Notes under the pieces: generated by a model
What the model was told of the DNA's origin: nothing
Database searches by the model: none
What the model saw: the letters and a program-made list of their open reading frames with translations, nothing else
Part shown: positions 1-9,109 of the stretch, in pieces
Numbering within the stretch: the first letter of the stretch is position 1
Layout: every line of letters begins with the position of its first letter
Made by a program: the position numbers and the translations under genes
Virus record (IMG/VR): IMGVR_UViG_3300020174_000028
Location: 1 to 38,271 of that record
DNA length: 38,271 nt
Origin: a virus
Taxonomy: Duplodnaviria; Caudoviricetes
Reading direction: 5' to 3' (one strand)

Positions 1-119
1 GCTGAAAAATTCTTTGACGAATCAAAAGTTAAACGCACTTACCTAGCCCCCTAAGTGTTCGCCTTTTTTTCTTTACAAACAACGCAAAATATGATAACCT
101 ATACAGGTTAAATAAAATT

Positions 120-1160
120 ATGTCATTACTAAATAAACTGAAACAATCTTCTCGAATAGAAGCATCGGATATTCTGTCCGATTCCAAGTTTTTTGCCGAG
201 AAGGAACAAACACCAACTTCGGTGCCAATGATCAATGTGGCACTCTCGGGTTCTATGTCCGGTGGTATCTCGTCGGGACTCACGGTTCTGGCCGGTCCAT
301 CAAAACACTTCAAGACATCCTTTGCTCTTTTGATGGCATCGTCGTATCTTGATCGACACGAGGATGCGGTTCTTCTCTTCTATGATTCGGAGTTTGGATC
401 GCCACAATCTTACTTTCAATCCTTTGGAATTGACACGAGTCGAGTTCTACATACTCCGGTGACTAACATTGAGGAATTGAAGTTCGATCTGGTCAATCAA
501 CTTAATGAGATTGATCGAAAGGACAAAGTTATTATTGTCGTTGATTCGGTCGGTAATATCGCATCAAAGAAAGAACTTGATGACGCTATGAATGAGAAGT
601 CGGTTGCGGATATGACTCGTGCAAAGGCACTGAAGGGTTTGTTTCGAATGATCACTCCTCAATTGACGATGAAGGATATTCCACTCCTTGCGGTCAATCA
701 CACTTACATGGAACAAGGAATGTTTCCAAAGGCGATTGTCTCGGGTGGCACAGGTGTCATGTATTCCGCCGACAATGTGTGGATCATCGGTCGTCAACAG
801 GATAAGAAGGGAACAGAGATTCAGGGTTATCACTTCATCATCAACGTTGAAAAGTCTCGATTTGTTCGAGAAAAGTCAAAGATTCCGATCTCGGTCTCTT
901 GGGATGGTGGTATTCAAAAGTGGTCTGGTCTTTTGGATGTGGCGCTTGAATCCGGTCACGTTCGTAAACCAAAGAACGGCTGGTATCAGGGAATGAATCC
1001 TGAAACGGGTGAAGAACTTTCTCAGAATCTTCGAGAAGCTCAAACCATGAATCGTCAATTTTGGGAAAAGATTTTCGAGAAGACCGACTTTGAATCTTAC
1101 ATCGAAAAACGTTTCAAGGTTGCATGTAAGGATATGATACAGGAGCAAATCGAAGAATGA
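120..1160 (+). CDS. uvsX: UvsX RecA-like recombinase
   Basis: P-loop GPSKHFKT, YDSEFG and DSVGN motifs; T4-type UvsX length; sits upstream of a gp41-like helicase. Confidence 0.97.
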   Translation: MSLLNKLKQSSRIEASDILSDSKFFAEKEQTPTSVPMINVALSGSMSGGISSGLTVLAGPSKHFKTSFALLMASSYLDRHEDAVLLFYDSEFGSPQSYFQSFGIDTSRVLHTPVTNIEELKFDLVNQLNEIDRKDKVIIVVDSVGNIASKKELDDAMNEKSVADMTRAKALKGLFRMITPQLTMKDIPLLAVNHTYMEQGMFPKAIVSGGTGVMYSADNVWIIGRQQDKKGTEIQGYHFIINVEKSRFVREKSKIPISVSWDGGIQKWSGLLDVALESGHVRKPKNGWYQGMNPETGEELSQNLREAQTMNRQFWEKIFEKTDFESYIEKRFKVACKDMIQEQIEE

Positions 1161-1348
1161 AGTTAGGAATCAAAATTGTTGGAATCGTTTCGTTTCTCCT
1201 TGTGATCTGGGTGTTTGGTCCACTCATTGCTATCTGGAGTATCAACACTCTTTTTCCCATAGAAATCGAGTACAACTACAAAACTTGGTTGGCGGCATTC
1301 TCTCTTGGGATGCTCTGTCGCGGATCTATAAATTTTAATAAAGAATGA
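1157..1348 (+). CDS. small membrane protein
   Basis: 63 aa with two hydrophobic segments; ATGA overlaps with both neighbours. Confidence 0.7.
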   Translation: MKLGIKIVGIVSFLLVIWVFGPLIAIWSINTLFPIEIEYNYKTWLAAFSLGMLCRGSINFNKE

Positions 1349-1668
1349 AAACAAAAATAACATACGTAGAAAAAGCTGACTCTGATTTTACTTCAATTAA
1401 AGTCTTGCAAAAACCCTATAATGGTATAATATATACCTATGGAAAAGTTAAAGTATCTGATCCCAATGGTGATGGTGAAAAGGCAACACTCACATTTGAT
1501 TATCGAGTTGAAGAAGTTCCTCCAGTCTTTGGTAAATCGAAAGAAGAAATTGAAAACGATGAAGACTTTTCGAACTTCATCGGTGACATTCTTGTTGAAA
1601 TTTTGGAGGATAGTATAGATAATGACGGATCTTCAGACGATAATACTTCAGTCGATAACGAAGAATGA
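1345..1668 (+). CDS. probable gp40-like head vertex assembly chaperone
   Basis: Occupies the T4 uvsX-40-41 position; acidic ~107 aa with IYTYGKV...LTFDY...FIGDIL pattern. Confidence 0.65.
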   Translation: MKTKITYVEKADSDFTSIKVLQKPYNGIIYTYGKVKVSDPNGDGEKATLTFDYRVEEVPPVFGKSKEEIENDEDFSNFIGDILVEILEDSIDNDGSSDDNTSVDNEE

Positions 1669-2986
1669 GGACTTTTGCCGAAAGGTAATTCCTCACATCA
1701 AGTCGGAATACTTTGAGAATGAGAAGAAGCCAGTCTACGATTTGATTCTGAGTTTCATCTCGAAGTTCAACAAGATACCAAACGTTCCAGCGCTTGAGGT
1801 TGAGTTTCAAAACTCGTCAACCATCAATCGCTCTGACGCAAACGATATTCTCTCTTGTATCCAGTCTCTTGACAAAGGCGATCTTTGTGATACGGATTGG
1901 TTGTTACGAACAACCGAAGAATGGTGTAAACAACGAGCTGTAACTATTGCAATCGTCAAGTCTATTTCGATCATTGACGGAAAGGACAAGAAACACACCG
2001 AAGGAGCGATACCGGACATTCTATCAAAAGCACTTGCGGTTTCCTTTGATGCGAACATCGGTCACGATTATCTTGAGAATGTTGATGAGAGATATGACTT
2101 CTATCATCTACAAGAAGACAAGACTCCTTTTGACATTGAACTTCTGAACACTATCACAAAGGGTGGTGTGTCGCGAAAGACTCTCAACATTGTTCTTGCC
2201 GGAACGGGTGTTGGTAAGAGTTTGGCGATGTGTCACTTTGCTGCCGACAATCTTCGACAGGGTAAGAATGTTCTCTACATCACTTTGGAAATGGCTGAGG
2301 AAAAGATCGCGGAACGTATCGATGCAAATCTTCTGGATGTTCAGATAGATCAGATTGAGAATCTTCCAAGAGACACTTTCAAGACTAAGGTTTCGAAGAT
2401 TCAAGAGAAGACTCAGGGAAAATTGATCATTAAGGAGTATCCAACTGCAACTGCTCATGTCGGTCACTTTCGTGCTCTTCTCGATGAGTTGAGAATGAAA
2501 AAGGACTTTGCTCCGGATTCAATCTACATCGACTATCTCAACATTTGTGCTAGTTCGCGAATGAAGGGTCTCGGTGGATCAGTCAATACTTACTCCTACA
2601 TTAAGGCGATTGCCGAGGAGTTGAGAGGATTGGCGGTTGAATTCAATGTTCCGATCTGGTCTGCGACTCAGGTAACACGATCCGGATTTGGTAATACTGA
2701 TGTCGAGCTCACCGATACTTCCGAGTCATTTGGTCTTCCTGCAACGGCCGACTTGATGTTCGCTCTGATCTCTACGGAGAAACTCGAAGGTCTCAATCAA
2801 CTGATGATCAAACAACTCAAGAATCGGTACAACGATCCAACTCAAAACAAGAGATTTGTGGTGGGAATTGATCGGTCAAAGATGAGGTTGTACGACGTGG
2901 AAGATTCCGCTCAAACTCTTACATCAGACGATTCGACGACTTCCGATAAGAGTTCATCTCACGATTTCAGTTCGTTCAAGATCTAA
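1622..2986 (+). CDS. gp41: gp41 DnaB-like replicative helicase
   Basis: Walker A AGTGVGKS, YITLEM, IDYL, SATQ, SESFGLPATAD, QLKNRY. Confidence 0.97.
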   Translation: MTDLQTIILQSITKNEDFCRKVIPHIKSEYFENEKKPVYDLILSFISKFNKIPNVPALEVEFQNSSTINRSDANDILSCIQSLDKGDLCDTDWLLRTTEEWCKQRAVTIAIVKSISIIDGKDKKHTEGAIPDILSKALAVSFDANIGHDYLENVDERYDFYHLQEDKTPFDIELLNTITKGGVSRKTLNIVLAGTGVGKSLAMCHFAADNLRQGKNVLYITLEMAEEKIAERIDANLLDVQIDQIENLPRDTFKTKVSKIQEKTQGKLIIKEYPTATAHVGHFRALLDELRMKKDFAPDSIYIDYLNICASSRMKGLGGSVNTYSYIKAIAEELRGLAVEFNVPIWSATQVTRSGFGNTDVELTDTSESFGLPATADLMFALISTEKLEGLNQLMIKQLKNRYNDPTQNKRFVVGIDRSKMRLYDVEDSAQTLTSDDSTTSDKSSSHDFSSFKI

Positions 2987-2987
2987 A

Positions 2988-3015
2988 GTCCAGTTTTTAG
3001 GTGCAAAAACTGGAC
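2988..3015 (+). terminator. perfect inverted repeat after gp41, possible terminator or processing hairpin
   Basis: GTCCAGTTTTT-aggtgc-AAAAACTGGAC, 11-bp stem; no immediate U-tract. Confidence 0.5.
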
Positions 3016-3025
3016 AAATATCCAC

Positions 3026-3081
3026 TTTTACATCTTTTTTACACGATTAGGTGTTGACTTTGAGAGTTCTTAGTTCATAAT
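3026..3081 (+). promoter_or_regulatory. early sigma70-type promoter with conserved upstream TTTACA repeat
   Basis: TTTTACATCTTTTTTACAC upstream, TTGACT 3054-3059, 16-nt spacer, CATAAT 3076-3081. Confidence 0.75.
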
Positions 3082-3089
3082 GAGGTAAG

Positions 3090-3569
3090 ATGATAGTTGA
3101 AATAGAAGGTTCTACCGAGACAAAAAGGGAACATGTTGAACGAGCTGCCTACTTCTTCGAGAAGCTTCTCTTCAAAAGAAAGTTACCAAGTCTTGTTCTG
3201 AACATTGAATTGATCCATCGACTCAAGCACAAAGAGGAGACAGAAGGAGACTGCATCTGGGAAGATCGTCGAAACAAACCAAGAGAGTTTACGATTCGTC
3301 TGGACTCAAGCAATGGTCTTGCGTCTTTGATTGAGACCTTGGCTCATGAGATGGTTCATGTCAAACAATACGCCACCGGAGAAATGAAAGATTCTCGATT
3401 ATCTCTGGATACCGTCTTTTGGAAAGGCGAAGAATTTGATTGCAACAAGTTTCACTATTACGATTGGCCATGGGAGATCGAGGCGGCTGGTCGAGAAACT
3501 GGTCTCTATGTGAGATACATGGAGGAATTTGATTACACTCACGAAAAGTGGGCAAAGGGTTTCATTTAA
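3090..3569 (+). CDS. zincin-type metallopeptidase-like protein (HExxH)
   Basis: TLAHEMVHVKQY with downstream PWEIEA. Confidence 0.8.
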   Translation: MIVEIEGSTETKREHVERAAYFFEKLLFKRKLPSLVLNIELIHRLKHKEETEGDCIWEDRRNKPREFTIRLDSSNGLASLIETLAHEMVHVKQYATGEMKDSRLSLDTVFWKGEEFDCNKFHYYDWPWEIEAAGRETGLYVRYMEEFDYTHEKWAKGFI

Positions 3570-3581
3570 ATTAGTTAATCT

Positions 3582-3589
3582 TATAAATA
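3582..3589 (+). promoter_or_regulatory. T4-type late promoter
   Basis: TATAAATA in the intergenic gap before 3607. Confidence 0.8.
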
Positions 3590-3606
3590 GATACATTATC
3601 TAATTC

Positions 3607-4980
3607 ATGGGATCTATGTTAAAGTTTAAAGAATTTTTATCAATATCAGAGGCCTTTAATGTTCCTATTTCTTCACCCGAAGATGTAGATGGTTTCGATA
3701 CCAAGCAAGACAAGAATGCCCTTAAAAAACTAATTTCTCACCTTGTGTCTCTAGGCCTAGATGATATCCCTGTTGCTGGTGGCGCGAATAAGATTAAGAT
3801 TCGAGGCGCTAAAAACCAAGATACGCAAAACGAGATTAGACAATGGATAAAGAATAATACACCAGAATTAGGTGGGGTGACATTTGGTCAAGGTTCTATC
3901 GGTAAGGATGGAGTCAAGATTAATGAGAACACACAAGAGATGATGGTTGCTGCTCTTGTTTTAAATAGAGTTACTGGTGGTTCAATCTCAGAGATCGAAG
4001 CGGTTGAGATGATTGAAGGAGCAAAAGAAGTTTTCGATAAAATTGAAGGTGCAACATCAAGGCCAGAACTTGTAGACCAATTTAACGGTAATTTTAATGA
4101 TCTTGCGACTGCTATTTCTTCATCAAATGCAATTTTAAAGGTTTGTCCGAATCCAGTAAAAGTGTACTGGACTGGTAAGGGTTGGCATAAAGATATTTCA
4201 AAATACAACCCACCGATTGGTGGTGTAAAGGACTATAATTCTTCTGACATTGTTGTAAAAAACAATGATGGTGTATTTCATGGCTTCTCCCTAAAGAAAA
4301 AGGGGAAGTCGTCTGATGTTGATCCCACACTAATTAACAAACCAATTACTGGTGATGTTGGTATTCTAAAAGATATTCTAGGTAAAAAGACTGTAGAATC
4401 AATTGAAGCAAGTAAACAGAGATTTTTTGATCATGTTTTATTTAAACATTACAAGAAGTCTCCCAAAGGATTATCTGACAAAGAAAAGGGGAAGATGATT
4501 CGTGATATTTCACAAAAACAGATGGGTGTTTATTTGAAAGATAGAAAGAACTCTTTCTTTAGACGAGTGTATCAAGTTTTGGTTGCACACTCTGAAGATT
4601 TTGTTAAGCAGTTTATCGAACTTCTTTTCAGAACAAAAATGAAAGATATCGAAAACACAAATGAATTTAAATTCTATCTTCTTACGGGAATTGGTAAGTT
4701 TGTAAAAGGAAAGATAAATGTAGAGAAGGCAGAACTAAAAGATACACCACAAACAATTTCTGCTTTGACTAAAATTTTTGACTCCAAGATTGAAATGAAA
4801 CCAACACCAGGCAAGAAACAGGCCTGGGAAAAGGATGCCGGCGCTGCAAAGGTATTTTTCTCTATTTTCACTGATGGTGTAAAGATTATTGACTTGGAGA
4901 TTCGTTATAAGGGTAGTTATACTGCAAACCCACAATTCCAAGCAGTTGCAACACCAAAGTTTAAGGCGATTTTTAAATGA
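3607..4980 (+). CDS. hypothetical protein, possible PD-(D/E)xK-like nuclease, with CTS-like N-terminus (start may be 3616)
   Basis: SSDIVV...GFSLKK motif; MLKFKEFLSISE from the second Met. Confidence 0.5.
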   Translation: MGSMLKFKEFLSISEAFNVPISSPEDVDGFDTKQDKNALKKLISHLVSLGLDDIPVAGGANKIKIRGAKNQDTQNEIRQWIKNNTPELGGVTFGQGSIGKDGVKINENTQEMMVAALVLNRVTGGSISEIEAVEMIEGAKEVFDKIEGATSRPELVDQFNGNFNDLATAISSSNAILKVCPNPVKVYWTGKGWHKDISKYNPPIGGVKDYNSSDIVVKNNDGVFHGFSLKKKGKSSDVDPTLINKPITGDVGILKDILGKKTVESIEASKQRFFDHVLFKHYKKSPKGLSDKEKGKMIRDISQKQMGVYLKDRKNSFFRRVYQVLVAHSEDFVKQFIELLFRTKMKDIENTNEFKFYLLTGIGKFVKGKINVEKAELKDTPQTISALTKIFDSKIEMKPTPGKKQAWEKDAGAAKVFFSIFTDGVKIIDLEIRYKGSYTANPQFQAVATPKFKAIFK

Positions 4981-6212
4981 TAGGATTCAAAGAGTTTATA
5001 GTCGAGTCAAAGACTGGCAAGAATGTCCACATGACACACATCGAAGATCGTGTGATCTACGGGGGTGTGACTGGTGCAAGAGATGCAATCGCTGCTCTTC
5101 GTGCGTTTCGCGATATGTTGGCAGGACAGGGTAAGAGTCGCTTCGATGTAACAGTCAAGTGGGACGGAGCGCCCGCAGTCTTTGCCGGAACTGATCCAAG
5201 TGATGGTAAGTTCTTCGTTGCAAAGAAAGGAATTTTCAATAAGGATCCAAAGGTCTACAAGTCAGAAGCCGATGTTCGTGCTGATACTTCCGGAGATCTT
5301 GCGGATAAACTCGTAACAGCGTACAATGAATTGAAAGATCTTGGAATTAAAGATGTGATTCAAGGCGATATTATGTTTACAAAGAATGATCTTAGCGTTG
5401 AGAATATCGACGGTGAGAAGTACGTAACATTCCAACCAAACACAATCGTCTATGCAGTACCCGTCAAGTCAGACCTAGCAAAAACCATAATGAAGGCAAA
5501 CTTAGGTGTGGTCTTTCATACAACCTACACAGGAAAATCCTTTGAGGAAATGAAAGCATCATACGGAGTAGACATCGGTAAACTTAAGAAAAAAACTTCT
5601 ATATGGTATCAGGACGCGGATTACAAGGATCAAAGCGGAACAGCAACACTCACCGACACAGAAACAAGAGAGGTAACGGAGGCACTATCAAAAGCCGGAA
5701 AGATATTTCAAAAGATAGCGGGCACTACGTTGCGTCAACTCCAATCAAACAGCGAGCTCGCTGGATACATCGAGACCTTCAACAACTCCTTAGTGCGGAG
5801 GGGGGAGAGGATACAGAACACGGGGAAACACGTCAACGATTTGATCCTTTGGTTTGGGAATAAGTTTGGTAAGGAAATGGAGAAGAGAAAGACCGAAAAG
5901 GGTAAGGCCGGAGTACAGGCAAAGCTCGATGAGGTCATGAAGTTCTTCTCAAAGGACAATAAAAAGAACTTGGATTTGGTCTTTGCTCTACAGAACGCAA
6001 TTGTTGATGCTAAACTTCTTATCATTGCAAAGTTGGATAAGGTCAAGGAACTTGACACCTTTGTGAGAACTCGAAACGGTTTTAAAGTCACAGGCAGTGA
6101 AGGTTTTGTTGCAATCGACAAGACAAATGATGGCGCCGTAAAACTTGTGGATCGTATGGAGTTCTCAATGAACAATTTTTCAAAGGATGTAATAAAGGGT
6201 TGGGAGAGATAA
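4977..6212 (+). CDS. ATP-dependent ligase-like covalent nucleotidyltransferase (DUF6267-like)
   Basis: Motif I TVKWDG, motif III QGDIMF, motif IV EGFVA, motif V VKLVD; N-terminal KNVHMTHIED. Confidence 0.7.
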   Translation: MIGFKEFIVESKTGKNVHMTHIEDRVIYGGVTGARDAIAALRAFRDMLAGQGKSRFDVTVKWDGAPAVFAGTDPSDGKFFVAKKGIFNKDPKVYKSEADVRADTSGDLADKLVTAYNELKDLGIKDVIQGDIMFTKNDLSVENIDGEKYVTFQPNTIVYAVPVKSDLAKTIMKANLGVVFHTTYTGKSFEEMKASYGVDIGKLKKKTSIWYQDADYKDQSGTATLTDTETREVTEALSKAGKIFQKIAGTTLRQLQSNSELAGYIETFNNSLVRRGERIQNTGKHVNDLILWFGNKFGKEMEKRKTEKGKAGVQAKLDEVMKFFSKDNKKNLDLVFALQNAIVDAKLLIIAKLDKVKELDTFVRTRNGFKVTGSEGFVAIDKTNDGAVKLVDRMEFSMNNFSKDVIKGWER

Positions 6213-6220
6213 ATAATACC

Positions 6221-7963
6221 GTGAAAACATTTAAACAGTATAGCGAAGAGAAGAAAAACGAAGTAGTATTTACTTTCGGTCGGTTCAATCCACCGACAAC
6301 GGGTCACGAGAAGTTGATGAACAAACTTGCATCCGTGGCGATTGGTAGCAACTATCGTGTGTACGCATCTCACTCTCAAGATGCCAAGAAAAATCCTCTT
6401 CAATACGATGAGAAGGTAAAGATCATGCGTAAGATGTTTCCGAAACATGGAAGGAACATCATTCTCGATTCGCGAATCAAGAACGTCTTTGATGTCGCGA
6501 CTTCTCTTTACGATCAGGGATTCACTCGCATCGTAATGGTTGTTGGATCGGATCGTGTTGCCGAATTTCGTAAACTGCTCAACAAATATGTTGGAGTCGA
6601 GGGACGACATGGTTTCTACGAGTTTCCGGATGGTATTGATGTCATCTCCGCCGGTGAAAGAGATCCCGATGCAGAAGGTGTGACAGGAATGAGCGCCTCT
6701 AAGATGAGAGCAGCCGCAGTTGCAGGTGACTTCAAATCCTTTTCTCAGGGTCTACCAAGATCTTATGGTGAGGATATGACGCTCTTCAATCTACTTCGTA
6801 AGAGAATGGGATTGAAGGAAAAGGTCAACTTTCGCAAACATATTCAGTTGCCACAGTTGTCTACTATTCGTGAGAGATATGTTGCGGGTGACATCTTCAA
6901 TGTTGGAGATACGGTTTACTCGGGAAACACCGAAATCACCATTGCTGAAAGAAGAACAAATTTCATCATTGACACCAACGAAAACAAACACTTCGTTGAT
7001 AGTCTTTCCGAGGTTCGACAGGACAAGGATATAAAGGATCGTGAGGGAACACAACCCGCAAAGTATTACGGAAAGGACATGAAGAAGTCCACTAAGACCG
7101 CTCGAGCTCGTCACTTTGAGAAGGGTGCGAAGAAGTCCGACGAAGATCCTTCGGCATACAAACCCGCTCCGGGCGATGCATCCGCCAAGACGAAACCTTC
7201 GAAATACACTCAGGCGATGAAGAAGAAGTTTCCGGAGTTGTACAAGGAAGAGGTCACTGCAAAACAACTTGCGGATCTTGAGAAGTTCGGTGATCGTCTT
7301 TTGAATAAGTTCGACATTGACATTGAATTTACAAAACATTTTGCGGATCGTATGAATGACAAACGTAACAAACCAGCTATCACAGTTGCGGAGTTGCAAA
7401 GATTGTTCAAGAAGATCGCAAGGAACAAAGGAAAGAACATCAAGAAACATGGAGACGCCGAAGCAGTTCTGAAGGACATACAGTCCGATCTTAATCTACC
7501 TATTGTGGTCGATTTCAAGAACGGTGAGTTCGAAGTTACGAACAAAACGATCATGCGTAAGAAAGATTTCAAAACGTCTGATCCAGTCCTTGCGTATGAA
7601 GATCTCAATCTTGACGAAAACGATAAGGCAAAACTCTATAAGTTATACACGAAGGCAATGAAACACATGCCGAATTCTCCTGCTCAGTTGAGGATACGTA
7701 AGGAGATTGAAGAACTTCGTAAGAAGATGAAACTTGACGAATCCTCGGCAGACAAATCCATTGCAAAGAAGGCAAAGGCTTCTGGCATCTCTGCATCCAT
7801 ACTGAAACAGGTTTACAAGAGAGGTGTGGCCGCATGGAGAACAGGACATCGCCCCGGCACAACACCGGAACAGTGGGGACACGCCCGAATCAATTCGTTT
7901 ATCACGGGTGGAAAGACAAGAACAACTGCCGACGCTGATCTCTGGAAGAAACATAAGGGATAA
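6221..7963 (+). CDS. HxGH cytidylyltransferase-like nucleotidyltransferase with several appended modules
   Basis: FTFGRFNPPTTGH, VVGSDR, MSASKMR; GTG start at 6221 just after GATAAATA gives MKTFKQYSEE. Confidence 0.85.
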   Translation: MKTFKQYSEEKKNEVVFTFGRFNPPTTGHEKLMNKLASVAIGSNYRVYASHSQDAKKNPLQYDEKVKIMRKMFPKHGRNIILDSRIKNVFDVATSLYDQGFTRIVMVVGSDRVAEFRKLLNKYVGVEGRHGFYEFPDGIDVISAGERDPDAEGVTGMSASKMRAAAVAGDFKSFSQGLPRSYGEDMTLFNLLRKRMGLKEKVNFRKHIQLPQLSTIRERYVAGDIFNVGDTVYSGNTEITIAERRTNFIIDTNENKHFVDSLSEVRQDKDIKDREGTQPAKYYGKDMKKSTKTARARHFEKGAKKSDEDPSAYKPAPGDASAKTKPSKYTQAMKKKFPELYKEEVTAKQLADLEKFGDRLLNKFDIDIEFTKHFADRMNDKRNKPAITVAELQRLFKKIARNKGKNIKKHGDAEAVLKDIQSDLNLPIVVDFKNGEFEVTNKTIMRKKDFKTSDPVLAYEDLNLDENDKAKLYKLYTKAMKHMPNSPAQLRIRKEIEELRKKMKLDESSADKSIAKKAKASGISASILKQVYKRGVAAWRTGHRPGTTPEQWGHARINSFITGGKTRTTADADLWKKHKG

Positions 7964-7970
7964 TAATATC

Positions 7971-8189
7971 ATGCCGTTTGAATGGAATAGAATGTATAAG
8001 TTCGAGGAAAACATCGAAAATGAAATCAAAGAAGATGTTAGATTTGCGATAGAACAACACTATGGTGTTGATGACATCTACGATTTGGAAGAAGAACAGA
8101 TAAAGGAAATAGAAGAGTTTGCGGCTGAAAACGAATTCAGTATTTTACAATTTGGTTTTAGAGAGATACTTGAAGAGTTGAAACAATGA
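7971..8189 (+). CDS. small acidic hypothetical protein
   Basis: ATG at 7971 just after the upstream stop; ATGA overlap with the next gene. Confidence 0.65.
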   Translation: MPFEWNRMYKFEENIENEIKEDVRFAIEQHYGVDDIYDLEEEQIKEIEEFAAENEFSILQFGFREILEELKQ

Positions 8190-8830
8190 AGAATTTTAAA
8201 GAACATTTTGTGTTTGAGTCCATAGTCGAAATGGCAAAGAGAGAGATTCCCTTTGTCGATAACATCTATCGGCCTGGATCAGATCGTTACTTTGAATTCT
8301 TTCGCGAGACCCGAGAACTTTGGTTAGAGGGAAAGATCGAACTCAACGATATCAACGAAGACATCATCAAGACCGACATTGGAGAGATCGCCGAGTATAA
8401 GGGATACGAAGTTCCGTTGGATTGGCCAATGGTTGAGATGGTTGAGAAGTGGAGCGAGAAGTATAAGAAGAGTATTGACTGCAACAATCCAAAGGGATTC
8501 AGTCAGAGGGCTCATTGTCAGGGTCGTAAAAAGAATGAGTCTCTCAATGAAGAGGATCCAGAACTCAACAAACCCAAAAGAGGTGGTAACAAAAAGTTCT
8601 ATGTTTATGTTCGCGATCCTCAAACAAAGAACATTAAGAAGGTTTCTTTTGGAGACACAACCGGACTGAAGGTAAAGATTAATGATCCCGAGGCAAGGAA
8701 GTCATTTGCTGCTCGCCACAAATGTGACACACGAAATGATAAGACAAAGCCTTCATACTGGTCTTGTCGTCTACCTCGTTTTGCGAAATCTTTAGGTCTT
8801 CAAGTTGACAATCCAAGTTCGTGGTGGTAG
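8186..8830 (+). CDS. modular hypothetical protein with CTS-like N-terminus
   Basis: MKNFKEHFVFE; KWSEKYKKSIDCNNPKGFSQRAHC micro-module; C-terminal KKFYVYV...VSFG...FAARHKC...YWSC domain typical of large phages. Confidence 0.75.
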   Translation: MKNFKEHFVFESIVEMAKREIPFVDNIYRPGSDRYFEFFRETRELWLEGKIELNDINEDIIKTDIGEIAEYKGYEVPLDWPMVEMVEKWSEKYKKSIDCNNPKGFSQRAHCQGRKKNESLNEEDPELNKPKRGGNKKFYVYVRDPQTKNIKKVSFGDTTGLKVKINDPEARKSFAARHKCDTRNDKTKPSYWSCRLPRFAKSLGLQVDNPSSWW

Positions 8831-9093
8831 AGGAATATAAAGACTTTTATGCCCATGGATCTCACTTTCGAAGAATCTTCGCAAAGGGAGAATCTTCTGA
8901 GTTGGATTGGCATCGTGACAGAAAAGATCGAACAATATATATAATATCATCGGGTAATGACTGGGAACTTCAAATGGACAATGAACTACCGAAGAAACTA
9001 GAAGAAGGAAAAGAATATCACATAGAAAAGAACACATTTCATAGAGTTTTTAGTGGAAAAGATGATCTTGTGGTGCGTATAGAAGAAGAGTAA
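8821..9093 (+). CDS. small cupin-like protein
   Basis: WHRD...WELQMDNELP...HIEKNTFHRV cupin-like His pattern. Confidence 0.6.
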   Translation: MVVEEYKDFYAHGSHFRRIFAKGESSELDWHRDRKDRTIYIISSGNDWELQMDNELPKKLEEGKEYHIEKNTFHRVFSGKDDLVVRIEEE

Positions 9094-9095
9094 AT

Positions 9096-9103
9096 TATAA
9101 ATA
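9096..9103 (+). promoter_or_regulatory. T4-type late promoter
   Basis: TATAAATA, 6 nt before the ATG at 9110. Confidence 0.8.
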
Positions 9104-9109
9104 GAAAAC

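Noticed and set aside
35-70. Hairpin CACTTA...TAAGTG with a downstream T-run as a terminator before uvsX
   Set aside because: The stem is short, the loop is large, the T-run is offset and upstream context is truncated; too weak to call
5735-7608. Long minus-strand ORFs (291 aa, 219 aa, 132 aa) and similar shadows elsewhere
   Set aside because: They lie antisense to well-supported genes, show no motifs, and are expected from codon bias
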